Shown: positions 1 through 13,424, counted from the first letter of the stretch. The stretch: DNA of 45,532 nucleotides from Oscillospiraceae bacterium (GCA_015066215.1 SVOU01000001.1:1-45532), one strand, 5' to 3'. Notes: generated by a model not told the origin, from the sequence alone. Numbers and translations are program-made.

Positions 1-250
1 TGGCACCGCCCACGCGGCGAGCCTTGACTTCCAGCAGAGGCATGATGTTCTCCATGGACTGCTCGAAGACTTCCAGGGGATCTTTTTCCGTTTTGTCACG
101 GATGATGTCGAAGGCACCGTAGACGATCTTTTGAGCAACGCCTCGTTTGCCGTCGAGCATAATGTTGTTGATGAGTCTGGTCACCAACTTGGAATTGTAA
201 AGCGGATCGGGCAAAACATCGCGCTTTGCGATAGAACCTCTTCTCGGCAC
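1..250 (-). CDS. rpsG: 30S ribosomal protein S7, 5' part only (gene runs off the window start)
   Basis: Absent from the ORF track because it is truncated. The reverse complement from GTG (250-248) reads [83 protein letters not shown], a canonical S7 N-terminus. GGAGGG lies 7 nt upstream. It follows rpsL as in the str operon. Confidence 0.9.
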   Translation of the reverse strand, partial: MPRRGSIAKRDVLPDPLYNSKLVTRLINNIMLDGKRGVAQKIVYGAFDIIRDKTEKDPLEVFEQSMENIMPLLEVKARRVGGA

Positions 251-392
251 TTTACTTCCCTCCTTCATAGATATGATATCATAGGTACTCGAAAGTGACA
301 TACTCCCGTTGGCCAGATCAGAGTGCCCGATGATGCGGCGGTTTTACGCCGCGTATATCAAAGGGCCGCTGAGCAGCCGCTGATGAAATGTC

Positions 393-821
393 TTACTTTT
401 TGGCAGCTCCTGCCTTGGGACGTTTCGCGCCATACTTGGAACGGGCTTGCATTCTCTTGGCAACACCCTGCGTATCCAAAGTACCGCGGATGATGTGGTA
501 ACGCACACCGGGAAGGTCCTTAACACGGCCGCCACGGATCAGCACCACGCTGTGCTCCTGCAGGTTGTGACCTTCGCCGGGGATATAGGACGTAACCTCG
601 ATCCCGTTGGACAGACGGACACGCGCAACCTTACGCAAAGCAGAGTTCGGCTTTTTCGGGGTGGACGTTTTGACCGCGGTGCAAACACCACGCTTTTGGG
701 GAGAGCTCTGATCGGTGGCGGTCATCTTTTTGGAGTTCCAGCCTTTGAGCAGAGCAGGAGCCTTCGCCTTTTTGGTCAGCTCCTCGCGGCCCTTGCGCAC
801 CAATTGGTTAAAAGTCGGCAT
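393..821 (-). CDS. rpsL: 30S ribosomal protein S12
   Basis: 142-aa [15 protein letters not shown]...[20 protein letters not shown]...[10 protein letters not shown] is textbook S12. A GGAGGTG Shine-Dalgarno lies just upstream of the ATG. Confidence 0.98.
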   Translation of the reverse strand: MPTFNQLVRKGREELTKKAKAPALLKGWNSKKMTATDQSSPQKRGVCTAVKTSTPKKPNSALRKVARVRLSNGIEVTSYIPGEGHNLQEHSVVLIRGGRVKDLPGVRYHIIRGTLDTQGVAKRMQARSKYGAKRPKAGAAKK

Positions 822-850
822 TTTTTCACCTCCAGCAAAAAATTATGTCA

Positions 851-875
851 CCGCAGGGGCTTTTCGCCCCTGCGG
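851..875 (-). other. Perfect hairpin in the predicted rpsL 5' leader
   Basis: 10-bp stem CCGCAGGGGC / GCCCCTGCGG with a 5-nt loop. It lies between the predicted str promoter (892-921) and the rpsL SD. No U-tract follows directly. Confidence 0.5.
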
Positions 876-891
876 AACACTCCAATTTAGG

Positions 892-921
892 ATTGTACCA
901 CGAAAACTCACCGTTTGTCAA
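892..921 (-). promoter_or_regulatory. Sigma-A type promoter for rpsL-rpsG
   Basis: The minus strand reads TTGACA (921-916), an 18-nt spacer, then TACAAT (897-892). It sits in the rpoC-rpsL intergenic gap. Confidence 0.6.
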
Positions 922-939
922 GGGAGTTTTTTCAGAAAA

Positions 940-4584
<3,645 letters not shown>

Positions 4585-4601
4585 AATTTACGCCTCCCTT
4601 A

Positions 4602-7600
4602 TTATTCGTCGTCCGCGTCCGCGGAATCGTCATAGTCGTCCAAATAGCTGTCGTTGAACTCGCTCTCGTCGACCTCTTCAACGCCGTAGCCTTCCAGCTC
4701 GTTCTCGTTGGTGACGGTGGTGAACACTTCGTCGTCAACGGGGTTCAAGGTATCGTTTTCGAAGGTCTGTTTGAGGTCGATCTCTTCCTTGTCGGCGTTG
4801 AGCACCTTGATGTCCAAGCCGAGGGACTGCAGCTCCTTGACCAGCACCTTGAAGGACTCGGGCACGCCTGCGGGCGGCACGTTTTGTCCCTTGATGATGG
4901 CTTCGTAGGTCTTGACACGACCGACCACGTCGTCGGACTTGACGGTCAGGATCTCCTGCAGGGTGTAGGCGGCGCCATAGGCTTCCAGCGCCCACACTTC
5001 CATCTCACCGAAACGCTGACCGCCGAACTGCGCCTTACCGCCCAGAGGTTGCTGGGTGACGAGGGAGTACGGACCGGTGGAGCGGGCGTGGATCTTATCG
5101 TCGACCAGATGGTGGAGCTTGAGATAGTACATAATACCGACGGTGACGGGGTTATCAAACGGCTCGCCGGTGCGGCCGTCGTACAACAGCGTTTTACCGT
5201 TGGGGTTCTTACCCGCCTGTGCGAGCAGCTCCTGAATATCGCTCTCGTGAGCGCCGTCAAAGACGGGGGTCATAATGTTGATGCCCAGCGCACGGCAAGC
5301 GTAGCCCAGATGCACCTCGAGCACCTGACCGATGTTCATACGGGAAGGCACGCCCAAGGGGTTGAGCACGATATCCAGCGGGGTACCGTCGGGCAGGAAG
5401 GGCATATCCTCGCTCGGCAGGATGCGGGAGACGACGCCCTTGTTACCGTGGCGACCTGCCATCTTATCGCCGACGCTGATCTTGCGCTTCTGGGCGATAT
5501 AGACGCGGACGACCATATTGACGCCGGGACCGAGCTCGTCGCAGTTTTCACGGGTGAACACTTTGACGTCGACGACGATGCCGTATTCGCCGTGAGGCAC
5601 TTTCAGAGAGGTGTCGCGCACCTCGCGCGCTTTTTCGCCGAAGATGGCGCGCAGCAGGCGCTCCTCGGCGGTCAGCTCGGTCTCGCCCTTGGGAGTGACC
5701 TTACCGACCAGATAGTCCATCGCGCGCACTTCGGCACCGATGCGGATGATGCCGCGCTCGTCGAGGTCTTTGAGCACGTCCTCACCCACGTTGGGAATAT
5801 CGCGGGTGATCTCCTCCGGCCCGAGCTTGGTGTCGCGGGACTCGATTTCATATTCTTCGATGTGCACAGAGGTGAAGATATCCTCGCGCACCACTTTTTC
5901 GTTGATGAGAACGGCGTCCTCATAGTTATAACCTTCCCAGGTCATAAAGCCGACGAGGGCGTTCTTACCGAGCGCGATCTCACCGTTGCAGGTGGCGGGA
6001 CCGTCGGCGATGACCTGACCCGCGGTGACCGCTTCGCCGCAATCCACCACGGGACGCTGGTTGACGCAGGTGCCCTGGTTGGAGCGGGAGAATTTCACGA
6101 TATCATAGGTATCGGTGGTGCCGTCCTCGCAACGCACGACCACGTGGTCAGCATCCACCTTTTCCACCACGCCGTCGCGTTTGGCAAGCACGCAAACGCC
6201 CGAGTCGACGCCGGCTTTATATTCCATACCGGTACCGACGATGGGAGATTCGGTTTTGAGCAGCGGCACGGCCTGCTTCTGCATGTTGGAGCCCATCAAT
6301 GCGCGGTTGGCGTCGTCGTTCTCCAGGAAGGGAATCATCGCGGTGGCGACGGAGACCAGCATCTTGGGCGACACGTCCATATAGTCGATGCGCTCGGGAT
6401 CGGTCTCGAGGAACTCGCTGCGGAAGCGGGCGTTGACGCGGTTGCGGGCAAAGCGATGCTGCTCGTCGAGCGGCTCGTTGGCCTGTGCGACCACGAAATC
6501 GTCTTCCATATCGGCGGACATATACACCACTTCGTCGGTGACGACGCCGGTGGCCTTGTCGACCTTGCGGAAGGGAGCTTCGATAAAGCCGTACTGGTTG
6601 ATACGGGCATAGGTGGCGAGATAGGAGATCAAGCCGATGTTGGGACCTTCAGGGGTCTCGATGGGGCACATACGACCGTAGTGGCTGTAGTGCACGTCAC
6701 GCACTTCGAAGCCTGCACGGTCACGGGACAGACCGCCGGGACCCAGCGCAGACAGACGGCGCTTGTGGGTCAGCTCACCCAGGGGGTTGTTCTGATCCAT
6801 AAACTGGGACAAGGGCGAGGAGCCAAAGAACTCCTTGATCGCCGCCACCACGGGGCGGATGTTGATGAGCGCCTGCGGAGTGATGACGTCCATATCCTGC
6901 GCCTGCAGGGTCATACGCTCGCGGATGACGCGCTCCATACGGGAGAAGCCGATGCGGAACTGGTTCTGCAACAGCTCACCCACCGAGCGGATACGGCGGT
7001 TGCCCAAGTGGTCGATGTCATCGGTGTTGCCGATGTCATAATCGAGGGTGAACACGTAGTTGATGGACGCGAAAATGTCCTTTTTGGTGATGTGGTTGGG
7101 GATGAGGTCGTGTACGTGGGCGCGGATAGCGTCTTTGAGCGCTTCCTCGTCCTCGTTTTCCGCGAGCAGCTGCTGCAGCACTTCGAAATCGACGCGCTCG
7201 TTGATGCCCAGCTCCTTCACGTCGAAGGACACGTACTTGGTCATATCGACCATGCCGTTGGTGATGATCTTGACCTCGCGGGTCTCGCCGTGCTCTTCCA
7301 CCAGCGCATAGGCGACGGTGATACCGGCGTCGTCGATCTCGAGGGCTTTGGCGCGGTCGATATATTCACCCGCCTCCGCCAGCACTTCGCCGGTGGTGGG
7401 GTTGATGACATCCTGCGCCAGACGGCAGCCCGCCAGACGGTTGACCATGCTCAGTTTTTTGTTGTACTTATAACGACCGACGCGAGACAGATCATAGCGG
7501 CGGGGATCAAAGAACAGGTTGTTGAGGTGCTCCTGCGAGTTTTCGATGGTCAACGGCTCGCCCGGGCGCAGCTTGTGATAAACCTCCAAAAGTGCCTCTT

Positions 7601-8291
7601 CGGTGTTTTTGGTGGTGTCCTTTTCGATGGTCGCCAAGAGCTTCGGGGTCTCGCCAAAGAATTCCACCAACTGTGCATCGGTGCCCAGACCCAAAGCGCG
7701 GGCAAACACCGTCACGGGCAGCTTGCGGTTTTTGTCGATACGCACCGAGAACACGTCCGCAGAATCGGTCTCGTATTCGAGCCACGCACCGCGGTTGGGG
7801 ATAACGGTGGAGTTGAAAAGCTTTTTACCGGTGGTGTCATAGTTCATACCGTAATAGACACCGGGGGAACGCACCAGCTGGGAAACGATGACGCGTTCTG
7901 CACCGTTGATAACGAAGGTGCCGCTTTCGGTCATAATGGGGAAATCACCCATAAAGACCTCGGACTCCTTGATCTCACCGGTTTCTTTGTCAAGCAGACG
8001 GGCGCGCACACGCATGGGGGCGGCGTAGGTCACGCTGCGCTCCTTGCACTGCTCCACCGTATACTTGGGCTGCTCGTCCAGACGGTAGCCGACGAAATCC
8101 AGCACCAGATTGCCGGAATAGTCGGTGATGGCGGCCATGTCGTCAAAGACTTCTTTGAGACCTTCCTCCAAGAACCATTGGTATGAATTTTTTTGCACCT
8201 CGATGAGGTTCGGCATATCCAGAACCTCTTGGATCTTGGCAAAACTCATACGCGTGGTCTTACCCAACTGGACCGGTTTGATGTTCACCAT
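4602..8291 (-). CDS. rpoB: DNA-directed RNA polymerase subunit beta
   Basis: 1229-aa [44 protein letters not shown]..., with conserved [19 protein letters not shown]. It has an acidic C-terminal tail. Confidence 0.99.
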   Translation of the reverse strand: MVNIKPVQLGKTTRMSFAKIQEVLDMPNLIEVQKNSYQWFLEEGLKEVFDDMAAITDYSGNLVLDFVGYRLDEQPKYTVEQCKERSVTYAAPMRVRARLLDKETGEIKESEVFMGDFPIMTESGTFVINGAERVIVSQLVRSPGVYYGMNYDTTGKKLFNSTVIPNRGAWLEYETDSADVFSVRIDKNRKLPVTVFARALGLGTDAQLVEFFGETPKLLATIEKDTTKNTEEALLEVYHKLRPGEPLTIENSQEHLNNLFFDPRRYDLSRVGRYKYNKKLSMVNRLAGCRLAQDVINPTTGEVLAEAGEYIDRAKALEIDDAGITVAYALVEEHGETREVKIITNGMVDMTKYVSFDVKELGINERVDFEVLQQLLAENEDEEALKDAIRAHVHDLIPNHITKKDIFASINYVFTLDYDIGNTDDIDHLGNRRIRSVGELLQNQFRIGFSRMERVIRERMTLQAQDMDVITPQALINIRPVVAAIKEFFGSSPLSQFMDQNNPLGELTHKRRLSALGPGGLSRDRAGFEVRDVHYSHYGRMCPIETPEGPNIGLISYLATYARINQYGFIEAPFRKVDKATGVVTDEVVYMSADMEDDFVVAQANEPLDEQHRFARNRVNARFRSEFLETDPERIDYMDVSPKMLVSVATAMIPFLENDDANRALMGSNMQKQAVPLLKTESPIVGTGMEYKAGVDSGVCVLAKRDGVVEKVDADHVVVRCEDGTTDTYDIVKFSRSNQGTCVNQRPVVDCGEAVTAGQVIADGPATCNGEIALGKNALVGFMTWEGYNYEDAVLINEKVVREDIFTSVHIEEYEIESRDTKLGPEEITRDIPNVGEDVLKDLDERGIIRIGAEVRAMDYLVGKVTPKGETELTAEERLLRAIFGEKAREVRDTSLKVPHGEYGIVVDVKVFTRENCDELGPGVNMVVRVYIAQKRKISVGDKMAGRHGNKGVVSRILPSEDMPFLPDGTPLDIVLNPLGVPSRMNIGQVLEVHLGYACRALGINIMTPVFDGAHESDIQELLAQAGKNPNGKTLLYDGRTGEPFDNPVTVGIMYYLKLHHLVDDKIHARSTGPYSLVTQQPLGGKAQFGGQRFGEMEVWALEAYGAAYTLQEILTVKSDDVVGRVKTYEAIIKGQNVPPAGVPESFKVLVKELQSLGLDIKVLNADKEEIDLKQTFENDTLNPVDDEVFTTVTNENELEGYGVEEVDESEFNDSYLDDYDDSADADDE

Positions 8292-8436
8292 ACACGAGTC
8301 ACTCCTATCTGAAATCTTTCTTTATTACCCAAAAAGAACAGAGAAATTTGCGGGGGTTTTCGGCACGATTTTTATACAATTTTGCAACGGTCGATCGCCC
8401 TTGGGGGCATTTGCACCCATTATGATACATTTTATC

Positions 8437-8465
8437 ATAATAGCACCCCCCTGTCCACTTGTCAA
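8437..8465 (-). promoter_or_regulatory. Candidate sigma-A promoter for rpoBC
   Basis: The minus strand reads TTGACA (8465-8460), a 17-nt spacer, then TATTAT (8442-8437). This would give a leader of about 140 nt before the rpoB ATG at 8291. Confidence 0.5.
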
Positions 8466-8632
8466 CCGTGAATTTTGAAAAATTTTACTTTTTTTGAAAA
8501 ACCCTTGATTTTCGGGGGATTTTTCCCCAAAAATCGGTGGAAAACGCCGTTTTTGAAACACACGGCGGCGTTGTTTCAAATTTTCCAGTAAACACAAGGC
8601 TTTGCGGGCTATTTTTTGCCGCAAACAACAGG

Positions 8633-8671
8633 GAAACGCCCCCGCCGCTTTTTAGGCGGCAGGGGCGTTTC
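8633..8671. other. Long GC-rich hairpin (16-bp stem, one mismatch)
   Basis: GAAACGCCCCCGCCGC, loop TTTTTA, then GGCGGCAGGGGCGTTTC. No clean U-tract on either strand, so it is not called a terminator. Confidence 0.5.
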
Positions 8672-8751
8672 TATGGGAAGTTTCAGATGTTGTTTTTATA
8701 CATTCGGTTGTATATTTTTGCAAGAGCGCAAGGTCTCGCCGCGGGGGTTAC

Positions 8752-8940
8752 GGCGCGTCGGGACGTCGCGCCCTACAAACGCCATTTCAACCTATCATCC
8801 GGGATTTGTAGGGGCGGGCATTGCCCGCCCGCGGACGACCGATGGTCGCCCCTACAGTCACGATTTTCTGGTTGTGCGGATTTGCCCCTCATCCGTCACG
8901 CTGCGCGTGCCACCTTCCCCCTCGGGGGAAGGCAAGGGGG
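8752..8940 (+). repeat. Intergenic repeat block R1: TGTAGGG/CCCTACA units plus one double-hairpin module
   Basis: CCCTACA unit at 8752-8778, TGTAGGGGCGGGCATTGCCCGCCCG at about 8807-8831, and a double-hairpin module at 8885-8936 (CACGC/GCGTG and CCTTCCCC/GGGGAAGG stems, ending GGCAAG). The same modules recur at five other intergenic sites in this window. Confidence 0.85.
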
Positions 8941-8987
8941 GCGCCGTTTGCCGCGGAGGCAAGGGATGACAACAACCGTATATGCGA

Positions 8988-10643
8988 TCATTTGCCGCCG
9001 CTTTCGAAATTGTAACGGTCGGCTTCTTTTTTGAAGGCGTTATAATCCGCCGCTTTATCGGGGTAATATTTGGCGTGAAGCTCAGCGAGTGCCACCAATC
9101 TTCTGCCTTTGAACACCTCATAGCTCCACAGGTCTTCCCACGTCTTGTCGAGGAACCAGCCGAAGTTATAGACATATTCACCGATGACGTAGGTACAGGG
9201 GTGGGCATATTTCATATTGAACTCCTCAAGGGACAGGGCGTAGATATCGTCGATCTCGGCGGTGGTGAACACGTTGTCCCAGCATTCAAAGGAATCTTTG
9301 CCGTAGGTCGTGGCGTAGTGGAGATACAGTTGCTCATTAAGTTGCTCGAAAGTGGCGCGGGTGATGCCGAAATGCGCGAGCCAACGGTTGATGGCGTCGC
9401 CGCGTGAGGCATAAAACTTGCCGTTTTTCTCGGCGTCAAGCTGCGCTTTGAAGGCGTCGACCGCCTCTTGTCCGTAGGTGTCGACCATATAGTCCATCAG
9501 GATATCGTCAATGCGATTCCAGCGGGCGTGAGAGATATAGGTGTTGTAGCCGTCGCCATAGACGGTGCGGTCCATTTCGGCGGCAGTGAAGCGGATGAGC
9601 TTTTCTTTAACGGCGGTGGTGCCTCTGCCAAAACTCTCTGCGCTGTCATACGCCGCTTTCACCTGCTCCACAGTAAAACCTTTTTCCACCCATTTTTCCA
9701 CGGGGTTATCGACGAGCCAATCATAGCGGTAGATATGGCCTTCTTCGGTCACGATGGCATGCTCGGCGGCATATTTGCGGGCAAATTCCGGCCAGGTGAG
9801 GTTGTAGATGTCGTCGATCTCCTCGTCGGTGAAGGTGTTGTTTTCCAGTTCCCATTCATAGTCCAATTTTTTATAGCTCTCTTTTGCTTGCCTATTGAGT
9901 TCCTCAAACACGTCGCGCGGCATATTAAAGCGACGGACGTATTCGTGTGTACTCAAACTCCACTCATACTTGACACTCTTTTCGCCTTTGTTTTTGTTTT
10001 CTTCATACACGTCGAACGCGTTTTTTCCGTAATTGTCGCAAACCCATTCCATAAATTCATTGAAAATCCCACTGAATTTACTCGATCTGAAATAATCGTA
10101 GGGCGAGTCGCCGCCTTGCGGTTCGCCACTGCTGCCGTACGGTCTGCCGCTTGCGTTAGGGCTGACAAAGCCGGGGGCGGTGGGTGCTTGGGATTCGGAA
10201 TAGTATATGGTCGGATTCGTGGTCGCAACGGTGCTGCTTGGGGTGCCGCCGTTGGCGTTGCCGTTTTCACCGTTGCCATCGTTTTTGTCGCTGCCGTGTT
10301 CGCCGCCGTAGTTAATATCTTCGCCGCGGCTGGGGGCGGTGGTGCTCGCATCAAAGACGCCGTCCATATTTTCATAGTACCCGTCGTCGGGCGACATCGG
10401 GGCATCGCCGCTGCTGTTTTTGTCAGCCGTCACGTCACGCCACGCGTTGAGAATGGGCAGACACACCAGCATAATGGCGGCGGCCGCGGCGACGAGGGAG
10501 GTGGCAAATATCCATCGGCGCGCAGTCTTTTGGGGGGCGGGGGCGGCTATACGCGCGGCAAGCGCCGCCCAATCGTCTTTGGCGTTTTGGTCGCAAAACT
10601 GTGTCCAGTCGGCTTTTAACGCCGCTATATCACGCTCGTTCAT
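8988..10643 (-). CDS. Single-pass membrane protein with tandemly duplicated unknown C-terminal domain (anti-sigma candidate by position only)
   Basis: I start it at ATG 10643 (MNERDIAALKADW...), which has an AAGGAG SD and lies 17 nt after the sigma gene stop. One TM segment (RRWIFATSLVAAAAAIMLVCLPILNAW). A G/N/S/P-rich linker is followed by two repeats of about 125 aa. No HxxxCxxC zinc anti-sigma motif was seen. Confidence 0.75.
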   Translation of the reverse strand: MNERDIAALKADWTQFCDQNAKDDWAALAARIAAPAPQKTARRWIFATSLVAAAAAIMLVCLPILNAWRDVTADKNSSGDAPMSPDDGYYENMDGVFDASTTAPSRGEDINYGGEHGSDKNDGNGENGNANGGTPSSTVATTNPTIYYSESQAPTAPGFVSPNASGRPYGSSGEPQGGDSPYDYFRSSKFSGIFNEFMEWVCDNYGKNAFDVYEENKNKGEKSVKYEWSLSTHEYVRRFNMPRDVFEELNRQAKESYKKLDYEWELENNTFTDEEIDDIYNLTWPEFARKYAAEHAIVTEEGHIYRYDWLVDNPVEKWVEKGFTVEQVKAAYDSAESFGRGTTAVKEKLIRFTAAEMDRTVYGDGYNTYISHARWNRIDDILMDYMVDTYGQEAVDAFKAQLDAEKNGKFYASRGDAINRWLAHFGITRATFEQLNEQLYLHYATTYGKDSFECWDNVFTTAEIDDIYALSLEEFNMKYAHPCTYVIGEYVYNFGWFLDKTWEDLWSYEVFKGRRLVALAELHAKYYPDKAADYNAFKKEADRYNFESGGK

Positions 10644-10660
10644 AGGCGTTCTCCTTTCTC

Positions 10661-11170
10661 TCAATGTACGGCTGTCACGCGGCATTTTTCGAGCGCCTTC
10701 GTGTGCCGCCATTTGACCGTGCCCTCGGGGGTATCGGTAACACGGGCGATCTCTTTGAAGGTCATATCGTGGAAATAGTGCAGTACGATCACCTGCCGCT
10801 CCTCGATGTCCAGCCTTTTGAGCAGTGCCTGCACGTCAAGGCGGCTGTCAAAATCGGGGGACGCGGGGGTTTCGGGCAGGGCTTCGGTCGGCTGTTGCCG
10901 CTGTTTTTCGCGGCACATTTCCAGAGATACCCGTCGGCAGATGCCGTAAAGATAGGCACGGCCTTGCCCTTTGGGGCGATAGCGGGAAACGGCGTGATAC
11001 AGCCGCAAAAACGTTTCGGACACGGCGTCGTTGGCGGCGTCCGTATCTTGCAGGATACTGTAAGCATAGGAAAACAGCTCGCGTCGCAGGCGGTGATAGA
11101 TATGTTCGAGCGCGTCGGTGTTTTCTTTCAGGCTGAGCAGTAATTGGTCTATGGTGCGTTCATCCGTCAC
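10661..11170 (-). CDS. Sigma-70 family (ECF-like) RNA polymerase sigma factor
   Basis: 169 aa from GTG 11170, with an AAGGAGGG SD 5 nt upstream. Region 2-like DAANDAVSETFLRLYHAVSRYRP and region 4 HTH LHYFHDMTFKEIARVTDTPEGTVKWRHTKAL. The longer track ORF (to 11782) only reads through repeats. Confidence 0.85.
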   Translation of the reverse strand: MTDERTIDQLLLSLKENTDALEHIYHRLRRELFSYAYSILQDTDAANDAVSETFLRLYHAVSRYRPKGQGRAYLYGICRRVSLEMCREKQRQQPTEALPETPASPDFDSRLDVQALLKRLDIEERQVIVLHYFHDMTFKEIARVTDTPEGTVKWRHTKALEKCRVTAVH

Positions 11171-11305
11171 GGGTATCCCTCCTTTCGAAATCGCGGTTTG
11201 GGGAAGCTTCCGTCTATATATGCGTGGGGGTTGGTAAAAAGTTGGTGATTTTGGAAAATATTTTTGCAGTAACGGCAGGAGAGAACCATTTATAGGTATC
11301 GTTAT

Positions 11306-11887
11306 CTCTCCCTCACCCACCTGCGGTGGGAGCTCCCTCGTCAGAGGGAGCCAAGAAAACGCCGCGTAATTGCCGCCTATCGTCTTTGAATGTAGGGCGC
11401 GACGTCCTCGCTGCGCCGTTTTTCCGCGGGGGAAGGCAAGAAAGCGTAGCCGCAAGGTGCGTGCAAAATCCAAGGCGCGCTTGCGGACCGTCGGGGACGC
11501 ACCGTTTGCATTTCCCCTCATCCACCGCCGTTCGGCGGTCCCCCTTCCCCCGAGGGGGAAGGCAAGAATGCACGGATTTTTGGCTGTGCTTTTTTGCGGC
11601 GCGTCGAGGACGCCCGAAGGAAGTGCCCTTGGGGTGCGTCGCGCCCTACAATGTTGGTTTTTAGGTGAAATCGGGATTTGTAGGGGCGAACTGTGTTCGC
11701 CCGTAACGCCCCTCTCACCCGCTACCGCGGGAGCTCTCCCAAAGGGAGAGCCTGCGGACCGTCGGGGATACCCCAAGGGCACTTCCGATGGGCGCGCCGG
11801 TCCCTACAATGTTGATTTTCAGGTTGTGCGGGATTTCCCCTCATCCGTCACGCTTCGCGTGCCACCTTCCTCTTGGAGGGAGGCAAG
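11306..11887 (+). repeat. Intergenic repeat cluster R2: four double-hairpin modules plus several TGTAGGG/CCCTACA units
   Basis: Double-hairpin modules at 11306-11355, 11514-11566, 11709-11755 and 11837-11887, plus a partial one at 11424-11440. TGTAGGG units at 11391-11418 and about 11679-11703. CCCTACAA at 11644-11651 and 11802-11809. 17-bp inverted repeat 11619-11635 / 11770-11786. 16-nt direct repeat TGCGGACCGTCGGGGA at 11482-11497 and 11753-11768. Confidence 0.85.
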
Positions 11888-11906
11888 AATGCGCGGCTTT
11901 GGGGTG

Positions 11907-11948
11907 CAAAAAAAGACAAAACAAGCCTGCACGGGTTGCGCAGGCTTG
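11907..11948 (-). terminator. Intrinsic terminator after the DHHW gene
   Basis: Minus strand: stem CAAGCCTGC / GCAGGCTTG (11922-11948) followed by TTTTGTCTTTTTTT. Confidence 0.7.
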
Positions 11949-11963
11949 CTTTTGGGCGGGGGA

Positions 11964-13406
11964 TTATTTTCCGACAAATTTTTCCAGATAGCCCACCAAG
12001 GTGGAGCTGCGGGTGGCGGAAATGTTGTTCACAAAGATGATATCCTGCACCGCGTAATTTTTCATAAATTCATCGAGCTTTGGTTTGTAGTAGCGATAGT
12101 CCACCACGTAGACGTGTTCGTATTCGTCCACGAGGAAGGGCACGAAAGCGTTGCCGTAGGACTCTTTGATCACGACACAGGCAGAGCCGTCGTTTTTGGT
12201 CGGGTTTTTGATCTCGGTAAAGGGATAGTCACCGCCGATGAAGCAGGAGTATTTTCTACTCGCTGAGCGGTTGGACACGTCATAGACCACGTTCCACTTG
12301 AACTTCTTGCCGTCATAGCCCGTGATGGTCAGGTCGTTGGTGCTGCGCGGCAACCACGCCTCAACGCAGTCGGGGTTATTGCCCAGCGCGGGACTTTGTT
12401 TGGTGGCGGAATAGAAGGTGCCGAGGAAGTTGTCAAACTTCTTCTGCGGATAATCGTCCAGCGAGGCGGGCATTTTGCCCTTGACCTGCATCAGCGTGGC
12501 ATAGGCATAGTAAGCACTGCGCTGTGTCCAGTGGTGGTCGGTGCGGAAATAGAGATATTCGTCGCGGTGTGCCATCAGCGTATCGTAGATCGGCACGTCG
12601 AACACGCTCTCGTCCGTTTTGCTGAAAATATAGCGCATCGCTTTGCCCTGGTCGGAGGAGTTGACCTTGCCGCGCAGGTCGTCGGGCAACATAACGCCCA
12701 TACTGTTGGGCACTACGATGGTGTAGACGTTGGCTTTGCCTTGCAGCTTTTTGGCGGTATGGTTGAGCATCGCCGCATAGCGGTCGGCGACCGCTTGCTT
12801 GAAGTTATAATACTCAAACGCCGCGTCACCCACCTGCAACACCGCGTCGAAGGATTGCGAGATCACGTTTTCACCGCCGATCTGCGCGGTGGGCGGCGTG
12901 GTGGGACGGGTGGTGGTCGTAGTGCTTTGGGTGGTATCGGTTTGGGTCGTCTCGGTGGCGGTAGAGCCCGTGGTTGTCGTAGTGGTCTGTGTGGTGGTCT
13001 GGGTGGGCAAGGGCGGCAACGTCGGCGCGTCGGGCACGTCGGGGATCTCGTCGCCCTGCTGCACGTCGCCGTGGATATTCATATCCTCGTCCTGCGGCAG
13101 TCCATAGGCGTCCTCCCAGCGACCGTTGGCTTCCACCCACATATCGCGCAGGGGGAAGGTGTCGGCGTACCATTTGCTGATGCCGTCGAAATAGTCACCG
13201 CTTACGAGCGCTTCCCACGAAAAATCGGGAAATTCCGCCAGCTTGCGCTTTTCGCTTTCCGATTCGGTCGGACGCAACGGTAACAAAAGACCCAGCACGG
13301 TCATACCTGTGAGGGCGAGCGCAAATACGGCGATCTGCACCTTTTCCCACGGGCGGGGGTCACGGTCTTTGCGGCGGCTGTGCCGCGGTTCTTTGTTTTG
13401 GTTCAT
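11964..13406 (-). CDS. DHHW family protein (AlgX/AlgJ-like SGNH partner of MBOAT acyltransferases)
   Basis: 480 aa with an N-terminal TM anchor and the literal DHHW motif (YFRTDHHWTQRSAYYAY). A Thr-rich linker (TQTTTQTTTTTTGSTATETTQTDTTQSTTTTTRPTTPP) is present. The start lies 18 nt after the MBOAT stop, with an AAAGGGGG SD. Confidence 0.85.
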   Translation of the reverse strand: MNQNKEPRHSRRKDRDPRPWEKVQIAVFALALTGMTVLGLLLPLRPTESESEKRKLAEFPDFSWEALVSGDYFDGISKWYADTFPLRDMWVEANGRWEDAYGLPQDEDMNIHGDVQQGDEIPDVPDAPTLPPLPTQTTTQTTTTTTGSTATETTQTDTTQSTTTTTRPTTPPTAQIGGENVISQSFDAVLQVGDAAFEYYNFKQAVADRYAAMLNHTAKKLQGKANVYTIVVPNSMGVMLPDDLRGKVNSSDQGKAMRYIFSKTDESVFDVPIYDTLMAHRDEYLYFRTDHHWTQRSAYYAYATLMQVKGKMPASLDDYPQKKFDNFLGTFYSATKQSPALGNNPDCVEAWLPRSTNDLTITGYDGKKFKWNVVYDVSNRSASRKYSCFIGGDYPFTEIKNPTKNDGSACVVIKESYGNAFVPFLVDEYEHVYVVDYRYYKPKLDEFMKNYAVQDIIFVNNISATRSSTLVGYLEKFVGK

Positions 13407-13424
13407 CAGACAATGCCCCCTTTC

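Noticed and set aside
344-890. ORFs 344-535 (-) and 447-890 (+) overlapping rpsL
   Set aside because: They are alternative-frame or antisense readings of the S12 gene, which is unambiguous.
8633-8671. GC hairpin as the intrinsic terminator of the sigma / membrane-protein operon
   Set aside because: No U-tract follows on either strand, and it lies about 320 bp beyond the stop codon with a repeat block in between. It is kept only as a hairpin.
8537-9034. Track ORFs across repeat blocks (8537-9034, 8616-8969, 11370-12266, 11326-11664, 19012-19389, 21343-21585, 35564-35974, and the N-terminal extension of 10661-11782)
   Set aside because: Their peptides (PSSVTLRVPPSP, PLIHRRSAVPLPPRGKA, CRARRPRR) are just translations of the intergenic repeat modules. 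They recur in different frames and contexts, so they are not genes.
11306-11887. Possible CRISPR array in the repeat-dense spacer
   Set aside because: The repeats are of several types and lengths, partly inverted, with irregular spacing. There are no unique spacers of uniform size and no cas genes in the window.
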